Of a stretch of 64,000 nt of DNA, positions 19,968 to 32,346 are shown in pieces. The stretch's first letter is position 1, and each line of letters opens with the position of its first letter. The notes beneath the pieces were generated by a model. The model was not told where the DNA came from, ran no database searches, and saw only the letters and a list, made by a program, of their open reading frames with translations. The stretch covers positions 65,202 through 129,201 of the forward strand of contig JAWLBL010000026.1 of NCBI GenBank assembly GCA_041687695.1, in the 5' to 3' direction. This DNA comes from Myxococcota bacterium (GTDB lineage Bacteria > Myxococcota_A > UBA9042 > PHBI01 > JAWLBL01). Position numbers and translations under genes: made by a program.

Positions 19968-22204
19968 TGTCGCACCTGCTCGCCCTGCTCCTCGGCGCCT
20001 TCGCCCTCGCCAGCCCCGCCACCCCGAAGGCCGAGCCCGCCGTCTGGGAGCCCGGCCGCTTCTACGCCTCGCCCGTCGGCGAGGTGCGCTGGCTCGCCGC
20101 CAGCGGGCGCCTGCTGCTGATGAGCGATCTGCGCCACGGCGTCGCCGCCGTCGAGGAGGCCACCGGCCGCGTCGTCTGGACCCACACTGCGGCGGGCGGC
20201 CGCCTCGACCGCGTCTGGCACGTCGCCGACAAGCTGGTCCTCGCCGGGGTCGACCTCGAGGTCCTGAGCCGCGACACCGGCGCCATCCTGTGGGCGCGTC
20301 CGCTGGGCTGCGCGACCGGCGGCGTCTGCGCGGGCCGCGTGCACCACGCCGACGGAGACGGCGTCCTGGTCGCCGGCGCGGGCCCCGTCCACACCCGCCT
20401 CGAGCGTCTGCGCCTGGCCGACGGCCGCGCGCTGTGGGAGACGCCGGCCGCCGTCCGGCACCCGCGCGAGGCGGGCGTCGCCGGCCAGACGGTCGTGTCG
20501 CAGGACGCCAACGCGCCGTTCACGGTGCGCTTCTTCGATCTCCAGACCGGCCGCCCCACCGGCGAGTGGGGCTGGACCGTCGGCGGCCAGCCGCGTCCGC
20601 CGCGCCACCTCGCGCTGCACCACAGCGGGCGGGTGGTTGCGACGGATCTGCAGACGCCCGACGGGGCCCTGGCGCACTTCGTCTTCCTGAGCGCGGCCGG
20701 ACAGGCGGCCGAGGCGCGCACGCTGGCGCCGCTCGAAGGCCTGCCGCCCCGGGCCACCTTCGCCCGCGTCGCCGGGCGCCTGGCGCTGCTGGCCGTCCCC
20801 GAGCCGGACGGCGCCGCGACGCGCCTGGTCCGGCACGTGCTGGACGGCGCCGAGCCGCCGACGGCCGAGCGCTTCGGCGCGCTGGCCGAGCCGCTGGTGC
20901 TGGGCGACCGCGCGGTGGTCTGGGGCCACGACGGGGCGGCGGCGGTTCTGCGCGGCTACGACGGCGTCACGGGCGACCGGGCCTGGGAGCTGCGCTTCGA
21001 GGGGGCGCAGCGCGCGGTCGAGCTGCTCGACGGGCGCGGCGCCGTGGTCGCGACCCTGGGCGGCCGGCGCGGCGGCTTCGTCACCGTGCTGCCCGGCGAC
21101 GGGACGCTGCAGGCGGCCGGGGTGCGCGACGAGGCGCGGCCCATCGCGGCGGCGCTGCAGGCCAGCGAGTCGCTGTACCTGGCGTCGGGGCGCGGCGTGC
21201 AGGTCCACAGGCTGCGCCGGCTGGCCGACATCGAGCGGCTGCAGGCCGAGGCCCTCGAGCAGGGGCGGCTGGACGAGGGGGCGGCGCTGTGGGCGGGCGC
21301 GGCGCTGCTGACGGGCCGCGCCGAGGGCGTCACCCGCATGCGCCGGGCGCTGGCGGGGGCGCGCGCGGCCGAGCTGAGGACGCTGGCGGCGCGGCGCGAG
21401 CGCGCTGGGGCGCTGGGCGGGCTGCCGTGGATGCTGGGTGAGGGCGAGGACCCGGGGCTGCCGGATCTGGCGGCGGCGGCGCCGCACCTGGCGCTGCTGC
21501 TGGGGGACCTCATCCTGGGGGTGCGGCGGGTCCATCCGTCCGAGGGGCAGCTGCTGGGCCCCATCGCCGACCAGGTCGGCCGGCTGGTGGCGCGACACAC
21601 CCAAGCGCTGACGCCGGGCGGCGCTTGGGCGGCCGCGACCGCCGACCTGCAGATGTTGGTCCACGCGCTGGCCGGGGCGCTGGCCCACGCGCGCCTGCCC
21701 GAGACGGCCGCGACCCTGACCGGGCGCTGGCTGGGTGACGCGCGCCAGAACGACCCCGGCAGCCGCGCGCTGCACCGGGCGCTGGCCATCGCCGCGCTCG
21801 AGGACAACCTGCGCGCCACCACGCGCGCGCTGACGGGCCGCGACCCCATCGCCCGGCGCGAGGCGCTGGAGGACCTGGAGACCTTCCCGCACGCCGCGGC
21901 GGCGCTGGGTGACGGCGCGTGGCTGGCCGAGCGGACGCGAGCCCTGGCCGAGCTGGACGACGCGACGGCCCGGCGGGGCGCCGCGGCGCTCAAGCGCGAC
22001 GTCTCGGGCCGGCTGCGCGAGGCGCGGGCCGAGATCGGCCGCGGGCTGGGCGAGGCCGGGTGCCTGGCGGTGTGCCGCGCGATGGCGCAGGGGTGCCAGG
22101 CGACCTGCCGCGGCGGCGCCTGCGCGGCGGCCCAGGCCAAGTGCGAGCGGCCGTGCCGGGGCTCGGGGCAGCCGGCGTGGAAGGTGTCGGGCTGCGGGCG
22201 CTGA
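19967..22204 (+). CDS. Secreted PQQ-like beta-propeller protein with helical C-terminus and Cys cluster
   Basis: Signal peptide; repeated D/E-x-x-TG-x-x-x-W propeller motifs; C-terminal CxxxC clusters. Confidence 0.7.
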   Translation: MSHLLALLLGAFALASPATPKAEPAVWEPGRFYASPVGEVRWLAASGRLLLMSDLRHGVAAVEEATGRVVWTHTAAGGRLDRVWHVADKLVLAGVDLEVLSRDTGAILWARPLGCATGGVCAGRVHHADGDGVLVAGAGPVHTRLERLRLADGRALWETPAAVRHPREAGVAGQTVVSQDANAPFTVRFFDLQTGRPTGEWGWTVGGQPRPPRHLALHHSGRVVATDLQTPDGALAHFVFLSAAGQAAEARTLAPLEGLPPRATFARVAGRLALLAVPEPDGAATRLVRHVLDGAEPPTAERFGALAEPLVLGDRAVVWGHDGAAAVLRGYDGVTGDRAWELRFEGAQRAVELLDGRGAVVATLGGRRGGFVTVLPGDGTLQAAGVRDEARPIAAALQASESLYLASGRGVQVHRLRRLADIERLQAEALEQGRLDEGAALWAGAALLTGRAEGVTRMRRALAGARAAELRTLAARRERAGALGGLPWMLGEGEDPGLPDLAAAAPHLALLLGDLILGVRRVHPSEGQLLGPIADQVGRLVARHTQALTPGGAWAAATADLQMLVHALAGALAHARLPETAATLTGRWLGDARQNDPGSRALHRALAIAALEDNLRATTRALTGRDPIARREALEDLETFPHAAAALGDGAWLAERTRALAELDDATARRGAAALKRDVSGRLREARAEIGRGLGEAGCLAVCRAMAQGCQATCRGGACAAAQAKCERPCRGSGQPAWKVSGCGR

Positions 22205-22210
22205 TCCGGG

Positions 22211-22924
22211 TCAGACCCGGTCGGCCAGGGTGTCGAAGCGCTCGACCACGGTGAAGTCGTGGGCGCCCGCCGGCGGGTTGCCGGGGCGCACCGACAGCCC
22301 GACCTGCAGGCCGGCCTCGCGGGCGGCGCGCGCCTCGTCCAGGCTGTCGGTCAGGAACAGGATGGCGCCCGGCTCCTCGTCGATGGCGGCGGCGATGGCG
22401 CGGTAGCTGGCGGCCTCCTTCTTGGGGCCGGTGGTCGTGTCGAAGTGGCCCTGCAGTAACGGCGTGAGATCGCCGGCCTCGGAGTGGCCGAAGAGCAGGC
22501 GCTGCGCCTCGACGCTGCCCGACGAGTAGATGAAGGCCCGCACGCCTCGCGCGGCCCAGACCTCGAGCGCCCGGGGCACGTCCTCGAACACGTGCCCGCG
22601 CAGCGCGCCGCTGGCGTAGCCCTGCCGCCACACCAGCCCCTGCAGCTGCTTGAGGCCGGTCGCCTTGCGGTCCTCGTCCATGAGCCGCAGCGCGAAGCGC
22701 TCGGCCGACTCGGCGGTCGGCGCGTCGTCCGGGGCGTCGGCCTCGGCCCACAGCGTCGCCACGGCGCCCTGGACCTCGGCGTCGTCCCAGCGGTCGCGCA
22801 GCGTGCGGCCCAGCGCCTGGCGCGCGAACGGGAAGAGCACGTCGTAGACGAACGAGATCGAGGTGGTCGTGCCCTCGACGTCCAGCACGACGGCGCGGTG
22901 GGGCTCAAAGCGCGGCTCGGTCAT
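22211..22924 (-). CDS. mtnC: Acireductone synthase (enolase-phosphatase E1)
   Basis: LDVEGTTTSISFVYDVLFP, DRKATGLKQLQG, IYSSGSVEAQ, FDT..GPKKE. Confidence 0.93.
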   Translation of the reverse strand: MTEPRFEPHRAVVLDVEGTTTSISFVYDVLFPFARQALGRTLRDRWDDAEVQGAVATLWAEADAPDDAPTAESAERFALRLMDEDRKATGLKQLQGLVWRQGYASGALRGHVFEDVPRALEVWAARGVRAFIYSSGSVEAQRLLFGHSEAGDLTPLLQGHFDTTTGPKKEAASYRAIAAAIDEEPGAILFLTDSLDEARAAREAGLQVGLSVRPGNPPAGAHDFTVVERFDTLADRV

Positions 22925-23030
22925 GGCGCGGGCTCCGTGGGGAGGGGGAGGGGCCGCGTGATAGCACCGGCGCGCGGGCGGCGGCAACGACGTGGGCTGG
23001 CCGCCGCCGTTGTCCCGCCCCGAGATCGGC

Positions 23031-24377
23031 TCAGGGCTGGTTGAGCGCGAAGATGAGCCCATCGCAGTGCTGCGCCGCGGCCGCCTCGCCCCGGGCCGCG
23101 AGCAGGGCCTGCGCCCGCCGCAGCCGGGGCTCGGCGAAGCGGCCCAGCGCGGTCGGGCTCAGGTTGGCCGAGCCGCTCGCCGCCGCCTGGACCTGGGCGA
23201 CCAGCGCGGCCTCGTCGTCGGCGGTCAGCACCTCGACCCGCCCGATCAGGGTCCGCACCAGCTCGTCGGGCGCCGGCGAGACGGTGAGGGGCAGCAGCGC
23301 GTCGGTCCAGGCGCGCGGCGCGACGTACAGGACGCGCAGCCCCGGCGTGCGGAAGTAGCTGTGGAACCAGGTGTCCACCATCGCCAGCGCCTCGTCCTCG
23401 AACAGCCCGGTGTCCTCGAGGGCTTCGGCGACCAGGGCGCGCGCCTCGGCGGAGTAGAGGTCCAGCGGGTGCTCCTTGGGCGTCGGCACCACGACGCGTG
23501 ACTCGCCGGCCGCGAGCGGCCCGAGCGACTCGATGACCCCGGCCGGTCCGTCCACCCGCAACAGGAACACCGCCGGCACGTCCTCGGCGCCGTCGTTGCG
23601 CACCGTCAGCGCCGGGCTGCCGGCCTGCGAGGTGACGCGGAACGGCATCTCGAAGCGCCCCAGCCCTCGATAGAAGATGAAGCGCTCGCGCTCCTCGCCA
23701 GCGCGCAGCGCCATCGCCGCGACCCGCCGCGACGGCGCCCAGACGTCGTCCTCGTCGACCTCCGGGAGGTCTGCGTCGGCCAGCGTCGCGTCCAGCTCGA
23801 TCTCCCAGCGCGCGTGGCCGTCGCGCACGCCGGTCAGCGCCCCGACGGCCGGCGCGGTGCTCGCGGCCTGGGGGTACCACTCGCTGACGACGCCCTGCGG
23901 GAAGCCGACGTCGACCGTCACCGCGCGCGGGCGGTCCGAGTAGAAGTACAGCACGGGCGTCTCGAGCTTCTGTGTCACGCCCTCGGGCAGGATCTCGAGG
24001 CCCTTCATGCCCTGCGGCACCACCGCCCGGCGGTGGACGAAGGCCGGCAGCTGCTCCTCCTCGTGGTGCATCCCCTCGAGCGAGGCGCCGTCGGAGCCCT
24101 GCACCGAGGTGTAGGTGCCCCACTCGTGCACGACGAAGGGCTGGACGACGGACTGGGTGGGCCCGGGGCGCGTCGGGGCCGGACCGTTGGACCCGTGGGC
24201 GGCCGGGTCGGCGGCCGGGTCGGCGGCCGGCGGCTCCGGCGTTGCGGGCGTCGGCTCGGGGGCGGCAGACGGGGGCGCGGGCGTGGCGGCGGCGGGCTGG
24301 CGCGTCGGAGCTTCGGTCTGGCAGCCGGCGAGCAGCGTGGCCAGACCCAGGGCGGTCAGGGTGGGGACAAGGCGCAT
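23031..24377 (-). CDS. Conserved hypothetical lipoprotein (HEWGT motif)
   Basis: Lipobox LAGC, Pro/Ala linker, HEWGTYT, ETPVLYFY, SEWYP, FIFYRGLG, GLFEDEA motifs. Confidence 0.75.
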   Translation of the reverse strand: MRLVPTLTALGLATLLAGCQTEAPTRQPAAATPAPPSAAPEPTPATPEPPAADPAADPAAHGSNGPAPTRPGPTQSVVQPFVVHEWGTYTSVQGSDGASLEGMHHEEEQLPAFVHRRAVVPQGMKGLEILPEGVTQKLETPVLYFYSDRPRAVTVDVGFPQGVVSEWYPQAASTAPAVGALTGVRDGHARWEIELDATLADADLPEVDEDDVWAPSRRVAAMALRAGEERERFIFYRGLGRFEMPFRVTSQAGSPALTVRNDGAEDVPAVFLLRVDGPAGVIESLGPLAAGESRVVVPTPKEHPLDLYSAEARALVAEALEDTGLFEDEALAMVDTWFHSYFRTPGLRVLYVAPRAWTDALLPLTVSPAPDELVRTLIGRVEVLTADDEAALVAQVQAAASGSANLSPTALGRFAEPRLRRAQALLAARGEAAAAQHCDGLIFALNQP

Positions 24378-24458
24378 GGCGTGACCTCTCGCGTGGGTGA
24401 CCAGGTCATGATGCGCGGCCGTCCGCTATGCGATCCAATGATATGTTTTCATCGAAAC

Positions 24459-24477
24459 CCATACGCCGCTCGTATGG
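24459..24477. promoter_or_regulatory. Palindromic operator, LysR-type (T-N11-A)
   Basis: CCATACG-CCGCT-CGTATGG perfect 7-bp inverted repeat next to an AT-rich tract. Confidence 0.5.
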
Positions 24478-24529
24478 ATTTGCGCCGGCCGCGGCCTGCT
24501 GTAACGTCGCGGCCTTGCAGGGGGACGCG

Positions 24530-26686
24530 ATGAGGGGACGGGGCGTCGGAGCGCTCGCGGCGGTGGTCGGGCTGGTGCTGTCGGCCGGCTGCGGGACCCA
24601 GTCGAAGCTGGTCGCGCGGGCCGACCGGGCGATGGACCAGGGCCGCTTCGCCCACGCCTACGTCGACTACCGGGCGGCGCTGTTCCACGAGGTCGAGCCG
24701 GCCAGCCAGACCGCGCACCGCGCCTTCGAGCGCGCGCAGCAGGCCATCGACGGCTGGCTCGAGGCCGAGCTGGTCGCCGCCGAGCGCGAGCTGACGAGCG
24801 GCCGGGCCGGCGCCGCGTTCGACCGGCTGATGGCGGTGGCGCACCCCGACCTCGGGGCGACCCCCTGGGAGGCCCGCGAGCGCCAGTTCCGGCCGCTGCG
24901 CCCCGCGCCCGCACCCGAGCTGGCGCAGCGGCGCGACCGGCTGCTGGCCAAGGCGGGCGAGGCCCTGTGGCCCGAGGTCGAGGCCGAGGCGGCGGCCGGC
25001 CGCTGGCCCCGGGCGGTCGCCCGGGCGCGTGCCCTGGTGTCGAGGCTGCCGGAGAAGAACCCGCTGGGCTACCGGGTGAGCCAGCTGGAGGGCCGCGCCG
25101 AGGCGCACTTCCGCGCCCTCGAGGCCGCGGCCGGGACCGGCGGCGGGATCTACCGGATCCTTGCGGCCTGGCTCGGCCAGACGCGCGGCGCCACGCCCCC
25201 CGAGCCGAGGCACCGCCTGCGGCTCGTGAACGCGACCGCCTTGCCACCCGGTTGCGAGACCCTCGCGCGCCGCCTCCTGCACACGTTCTCGCACGGCGAC
25301 ACGGCGACCCGCGCGGACTTCGCCGGGCTGTCCTGTCACCTGACCTCGTCCCGCAGCCGGCGCGAGCGCGAGTACGACCAGCCCTATACCGAGCACCAGT
25401 CGCGGCAGAAGTGCGTCCCCGTCCTCGAGAAGCGCTGCACGGGGACCGACGTGCACGGCAAGTGCATCCTCACGACCAACGTCGACACCGGCCGGCAGGA
25501 CTGCCGGACCATCCAGGTGCCCATCACCCGGTACCGCAAGGCCACGCGCGTCGAGGAGGTGGTGACCTGGACCGCCGAGGTGCGGGGCGCCGTCCAGCTC
25601 TCGGTGGCCGGGGCGGCGGTGTCCCACGACCTGTCGACCAGCCTGACCCTGACCGACGTCGGCTGGTCCGCCCCCGAGCCGCGCCCGCTCTCCATCGACG
25701 AGGGCGACGTGCAGGCCGAGCTCGCCAAGCGCCAGGCGGCCTCCCTGACCACCGGCCTGACCCGCCTGCGGGCCGCCGCCGGTCGCCTGGCGCTGGACGC
25801 CGCCGCCGCCGCCGTCCGCGAGGGACGCGCCGACGACGTCGATCGCGCCATGGGTGAGGCCGTCGCGTGGGGCCAGGCGCCGTCGGCCGAGCTGGTCGCC
25901 TTCGTCGCCGAGCGGCACGCCCTCGACGCGGACGAGCTGACGACGCTGCTCGCGGGGCGTTGGCCCGAGCCGCGGCTGGGCGGCCCGGCGCCGCTGCCCG
26001 AGGCCGACCTCGCGGGCCTGGCCCCGTGCCCGCGCTGCCTCGTCAACCGCGACCCTCCCGGGCCGGGGCGCCGCCCCGACGGCCTGGGCGTCGTCGAGCG
26101 GGAGCGCGGCCTGTCCATCGGCGACGGCACCCTCGCCGTGGGCTGGGTCGACAGCCAGCGGCCCGAGGGGCTCGGCGGGTTCGACCGGGCCATCGCCCTG
26201 AGCTTCGACATGCGCGCCCTGCGCAGCACGAGCGGGCTGACGGCCCGCGTGGCCGCCGATCTGGGCGTGGGCCTCGACGGCGGCTTCGCCTATCGCCTCG
26301 AGCCGATGGCGCTGGGCTATGCGGCGCGCCTGGGGCCGCTGCGCCTGGGGGCCGAGGCCACGCTGGGCCTCGACGGCGTCCTGTGGGGGCGCGTCTCGTC
26401 CGGCCTGACGGCGCCGGTCACCGCCTTCCTGGCCTTCCGGCCGGCCGGCTTCGTCGGCCTCGAGCTCGAGGCGCGCGCCATCTGGCTGCTCACGACCGAC
26501 AGCCGCCAGGACGGCTCGCGGACCCTCGACTTCGCGGACGAGGCCAGCGCCTCGGCGCGCTTGTGCTTCGGCGACCCCGACGCGACCTCGTCCTACGTGC
26601 TGGGGGCCCAGGCGCGCGAGTGGCGCCAGAGCACGACCTGGACCTTCAGCCTGGGCTTCGGCGCCTGCGCGTCGGCGCTGCGCTGA
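24530..26686 (+). CDS. Hypothetical lipoprotein with probable C-terminal beta-barrel-like region
   Basis: Lipobox SAGC; helical N-terminal half; C-terminal alternating-hydrophobic strands ending WTFSLGFG. Confidence 0.65.
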   Translation: MRGRGVGALAAVVGLVLSAGCGTQSKLVARADRAMDQGRFAHAYVDYRAALFHEVEPASQTAHRAFERAQQAIDGWLEAELVAAERELTSGRAGAAFDRLMAVAHPDLGATPWEARERQFRPLRPAPAPELAQRRDRLLAKAGEALWPEVEAEAAAGRWPRAVARARALVSRLPEKNPLGYRVSQLEGRAEAHFRALEAAAGTGGGIYRILAAWLGQTRGATPPEPRHRLRLVNATALPPGCETLARRLLHTFSHGDTATRADFAGLSCHLTSSRSRREREYDQPYTEHQSRQKCVPVLEKRCTGTDVHGKCILTTNVDTGRQDCRTIQVPITRYRKATRVEEVVTWTAEVRGAVQLSVAGAAVSHDLSTSLTLTDVGWSAPEPRPLSIDEGDVQAELAKRQAASLTTGLTRLRAAAGRLALDAAAAAVREGRADDVDRAMGEAVAWGQAPSAELVAFVAERHALDADELTTLLAGRWPEPRLGGPAPLPEADLAGLAPCPRCLVNRDPPGPGRRPDGLGVVERERGLSIGDGTLAVGWVDSQRPEGLGGFDRAIALSFDMRALRSTSGLTARVAADLGVGLDGGFAYRLEPMALGYAARLGPLRLGAEATLGLDGVLWGRVSSGLTAPVTAFLAFRPAGFVGLELEARAIWLLTTDSRQDGSRTLDFADEASASARLCFGDPDATSSYVLGAQAREWRQSTTWTFSLGFGACASALR

Positions 26687-26722
26687 CCCGGAGCGGCCAG
26701 CGCAGCGCCTCGCCGGCTACTT

Positions 26723-26893
26723 GCGGGTGTCGCAAAAGCCCAACCGGAGTGCTCCACCTTGGTGGAGCCCCCATCCGGCGCAGCTTGCTGCGCCGGTTTG
26801 GCAGCCAGATCCCGGCGGCAAGCCGCCGGGGCCGGGGCTCCGGCAAGCCGGAGCACTCCAAGGCCGCCTCAGCCGGCATCAAAACGACACCCT

Positions 26894-26894
<1 letters not shown>
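26723..26894. mobile_element. MITE/REPIN-like element with four internal hairpins, inserted at the clpB stop codon
   Basis: Ends GCGGGTGTCG and CGACACCCTC; flanking direct repeat TACTT (26718-26722, 26895-26899); hairpins at 26751-26768, 26775-26796, 26811-26830 and 26837-26854. Confidence 0.7.
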
Positions 26895-29527
<2,633 letters not shown>

Positions 29528-29604
29528 GCCCGTTCCTCCACTGGTGCCCCACTCGATGTGCCCGTCGAACCTGGCCCGCACCGATCGGGGATTGGTCAAC
29601 GAGG

Positions 29605-29636
29605 TTATGGGGTTGGAAAGATGAGATGGTTGCGAG
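29605..29636 (-). promoter_or_regulatory. Possible sigma-32-type promoter for clpB
   Basis: Minus strand reads CTCGCAA-N17-CCCCATAA; the -10 box matches CCCCATnT well, but the -35 box and spacing are imperfect. Confidence 0.35.
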
Positions 29637-29754
29637 CCTCAGGGCCCTGCGCTACGAACTGGCGCGAGAGCGTCGCCCGAGGCCGCTCGGCCGGCACCCG
29701 GCCGGCTTGCCACTGGGAGTTGAAGCACCAACGGGCAACCGGACAAGGCACGCC

Positions 29755-30828
29755 ATGATCGACCGAAGACACGAACACACCGGCTCCCCTGGTGAGGCGG
29801 GAAGCGTCGAGCGCGGCCAATCCGACGCCAAGGCGTCGGAGGTTCTCAAGAAGAACGCGCGCTCCGCCAAGTCCCGCGACCAGGAGGAGGACGAGGAGGA
29901 GGATCCATTGGTGGATCTCCTCCCCGAGGGTGAGGGGAAGGCCCTCCCGGCGACGGCGAAGAAGCGTCTGCCGGACAGGCTGACCGCCCTCAACCTCTAC
30001 CTCGCCCGCCTCAAGAACGTAGAGATCCTGCCCATCGAGGAGCAGTCCCAGCTCGCCGAACACTTCCAGCAGACCGGCGAGCGCGAGGCCGCCGCGCGCC
30101 TCGTCGCGTCGAACCTGCGCCTCGTCGTCAAGATCGCCTTCCAGTTCCGCCGCCAGTGGGCGGACGTGATGGACCTCATCGCCGAGGGCAACCTCGGCCT
30201 CGCCGAGGCCATCCGCAAGTTCGACGTGCAGCGCGGGATCCCCTTCCCGAGCTACGCGCGCTTCTGGATCCGTGCTCGCATCCTGGCCTTCATCCAGGAG
30301 AACAAGCACCTCATCCACGCCGGCTCGCGCGCCGCGCGCAAGCTCTTCTGGCGCCTCGAGCGCGAGCGCAGAAAGCTCGTCCAGGAGGGCCTCGAGCCCG
30401 TGCCGAAGCTGCTCGCCGAGCGCGTCGGCGTCACGGCCGAGGACGTCACCGAGCTGGCGCCCATCCTGGACTACCGCCCCATCAGCCTCGACGTCCCCGT
30501 CCACGGCGACGAGGACGGACGCACCCGTGGCGAGGTGCTCGCCGACTCGGGCGCCTTCACGCCCGAAGACCGCGTCAGCGGCGGCGAGATCCAGGACCAG
30601 CTCCACGAGGCCTTCATGGCCTTCCGCGAGACCCTGGACGAGCGCGACATGGCCATCTGGGACCAACGCCTGCAGGCCGAGGACCCGGTGCGCCTCGAGG
30701 ACCTCGGCGACCAGTTCGGCGTCTCGAAAGAGCGCGTCCGACAGCTCGAGGTGCGCATCAAGAAGCGCCTCAAGACCTTCCTGCAGGCCAACCTGGGCAA
30801 CGACGTGATCGTCGAGGCGTTGAGGTAG
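29755..30828 (+). CDS. RNA polymerase sigma factor, RpoH/sigma-32 family
   Basis: LVASNLRLVVKIA, DLIAEGNLGL, SYARFWIRA; RpoH-box-like ARKLFWRL; region 4 FGVSKERVRQLE. Confidence 0.9.
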   Translation: MIDRRHEHTGSPGEAGSVERGQSDAKASEVLKKNARSAKSRDQEEDEEEDPLVDLLPEGEGKALPATAKKRLPDRLTALNLYLARLKNVEILPIEEQSQLAEHFQQTGEREAAARLVASNLRLVVKIAFQFRRQWADVMDLIAEGNLGLAEAIRKFDVQRGIPFPSYARFWIRARILAFIQENKHLIHAGSRAARKLFWRLERERRKLVQEGLEPVPKLLAERVGVTAEDVTELAPILDYRPISLDVPVHGDEDGRTRGEVLADSGAFTPEDRVSGGEIQDQLHEAFMAFRETLDERDMAIWDQRLQAEDPVRLEDLGDQFGVSKERVRQLEVRIKKRLKTFLQANLGNDVIVEALR

Positions 30829-30862
30829 GGTGCTGTGAGGTAGAGGTCGATGTTCGCAGGAG

Positions 30863-30892
30863 GCCCCGGGGGAACCCGGGGCTTTCTTTTTT
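30863..30892 (+). terminator. Rho-independent terminator after the sigma factor gene
   Basis: GCCCCGGG-GGAA-CCCGGGGC followed by TTTCTTTTTT. Confidence 0.88.
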
Positions 30893-31233
30893 GGGGGACA
30901 GGCCTGGCTCAGGCGCACACAACCGCTATCAGGGCGGCTCGTGGGTAGCCTTCGCTTCGGCCGGTTTCGAGAGCTCTGTCCCTCTTGGCCGTGCTTCGGC
31001 CGGCCAATTCCTCGCGGACGACAGAGCCCTTGACCTCGGCCTCCGCTACGGCTGCACAGAGCGGGGCTCGGGGGCGCAGTTCCAGTCCGGAAGGGGGCCT
31101 TCCGGGCCGCGGGGGCGCCCCGGACGCTAGCATTGAACTCGTAGTCCTTTAGACCTGCCGAGACGGGGGCTGGATCGTGCCGGGGCCGGGCGGCCGGAGG
31201 GCTTGGGGAGTGGCCGGGTCGAGTGCGGTCGGG

Positions 31234-32070
31234 CTACCGCCAGCGCTGCTTGACGGTGGCGGCGAGGCCCTCGAGGCCGGGGTAGAGGGTCTGGGGCGTC
31301 AGGCCCGCGACGTCGGCCAGCTCGCGGCGGATGGCGTCCTTGGCGGCGTCGGGGACCTCGATGCGGGTGGACAGGGCGCCCTGATGGCTGTCGAGGGTCT
31401 CGAGGGGGTCGAGGTGCAGGGAGAAGAGGGCACACTGGGCGGGGATGCGGGGGCTGAAGGTGGGCGCCGTGACGAAGACGTAGGGGCGCTGGGCGAGGTC
31501 GACCGCGCCGAGGTGGGGGGCGTCCTCGAGTGGCTCGCCGCGCTGCAGGCGCTGGAGGCGCTCGAGGCTCCAGTCGTGCAGCTCGTGGCCGAAGGCGAGG
31601 GGCTCGGTGGGCGGGTTGGCGATCCAGACGATGCCCGGGGGCGGGGTGGGCTCGCTGGGGACGTGGTGATCGACGGCGAAGTAGAGCGCGACGAGCGGGT
31701 TGCTGGTCCAGTCGAGCAGGCGCGTGGGGAGGCCGTGGTGCTGGGCCAGCATCAGCCACTGGATGTCGGAGTCCGGGCGGTCGGCGGTCCAGGGGCGGGC
31801 GGCCTCCTGGAAGTGGCGGAGCATCTTCAGCTCGCGCTCGCAGCAGGCCTGCCGGGCGCGCGCCTCGTCGCCGGTCGTGTCGAGCACGAAGCGGCCCAGG
31901 GCGCTCATGAGCGGCCAGGGCGCCGCCTGACCGCGCAGCGGGACGACCAGGCCCGAGGGCACGTCGGCGAAGAGGTCGGAGACGAGCTGGACGTAGTCGG
32001 ACAGGCGTTCGACCACGACGGTCTGGAAGCCGGGCATGGCGGGCTCGGGGGCAGCGGGGGACGAGGCCAT
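31234..32070 (-). CDS. FRG-domain protein
   Basis: LRGQ (FRG-like), AQHHGLPTRLLDWTSNPLVALYFA, RIPAQ and C-terminal LYPGLEG motifs; alternative start at 32037. Confidence 0.88.
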   Translation of the reverse strand: MASSPAAPEPAMPGFQTVVVERLSDYVQLVSDLFADVPSGLVVPLRGQAAPWPLMSALGRFVLDTTGDEARARQACCERELKMLRHFQEAARPWTADRPDSDIQWLMLAQHHGLPTRLLDWTSNPLVALYFAVDHHVPSEPTPPPGIVWIANPPTEPLAFGHELHDWSLERLQRLQRGEPLEDAPHLGAVDLAQRPYVFVTAPTFSPRIPAQCALFSLHLDPLETLDSHQGALSTRIEVPDAAKDAIRRELADVAGLTPQTLYPGLEGLAATVKQRWR

Positions 32071-32219
32071 CTTGCCGCGCCGGGGCCGTCCTTGGCCCGC
32101 TTCCGGGCCGTCAGGCGGCGCCCAGGTAGGCGACGCAGGCCCGAGCCCGTCGCCGTCGCTGTCCAGCGCGTCGGCGCCCAGCGGGGTCGGGCTGAGCAGG
32201 GCGTCCTGGTCGACGCAGC

Positions 32220-32244
32220 GCCTGCTCTAGGCCTGCTCTAGGCC
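32220..32244. repeat. 11-bp tandem duplication
   Basis: GCCTGCTCTAG twice (32220-32241), followed by GCC. Confidence 0.75.
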
Positions 32245-32346
32245 CGGTGCTACGCGGTAGTGTGCCCGGACCTGTCGCCGCCGTGGGGCAGCGCATCCGC
32301 GCTGACGCACCAGTGGGCGTCGGCGCTGTTCGATGCCCCGGGCGCG

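Noticed and set aside
30893..31233. ncRNA or small ORF (30909..31133 -) downstream of the sigma factor
   Set aside because: No recognisable RNA family motif, and the ORF has no convincing RBS or protein motif
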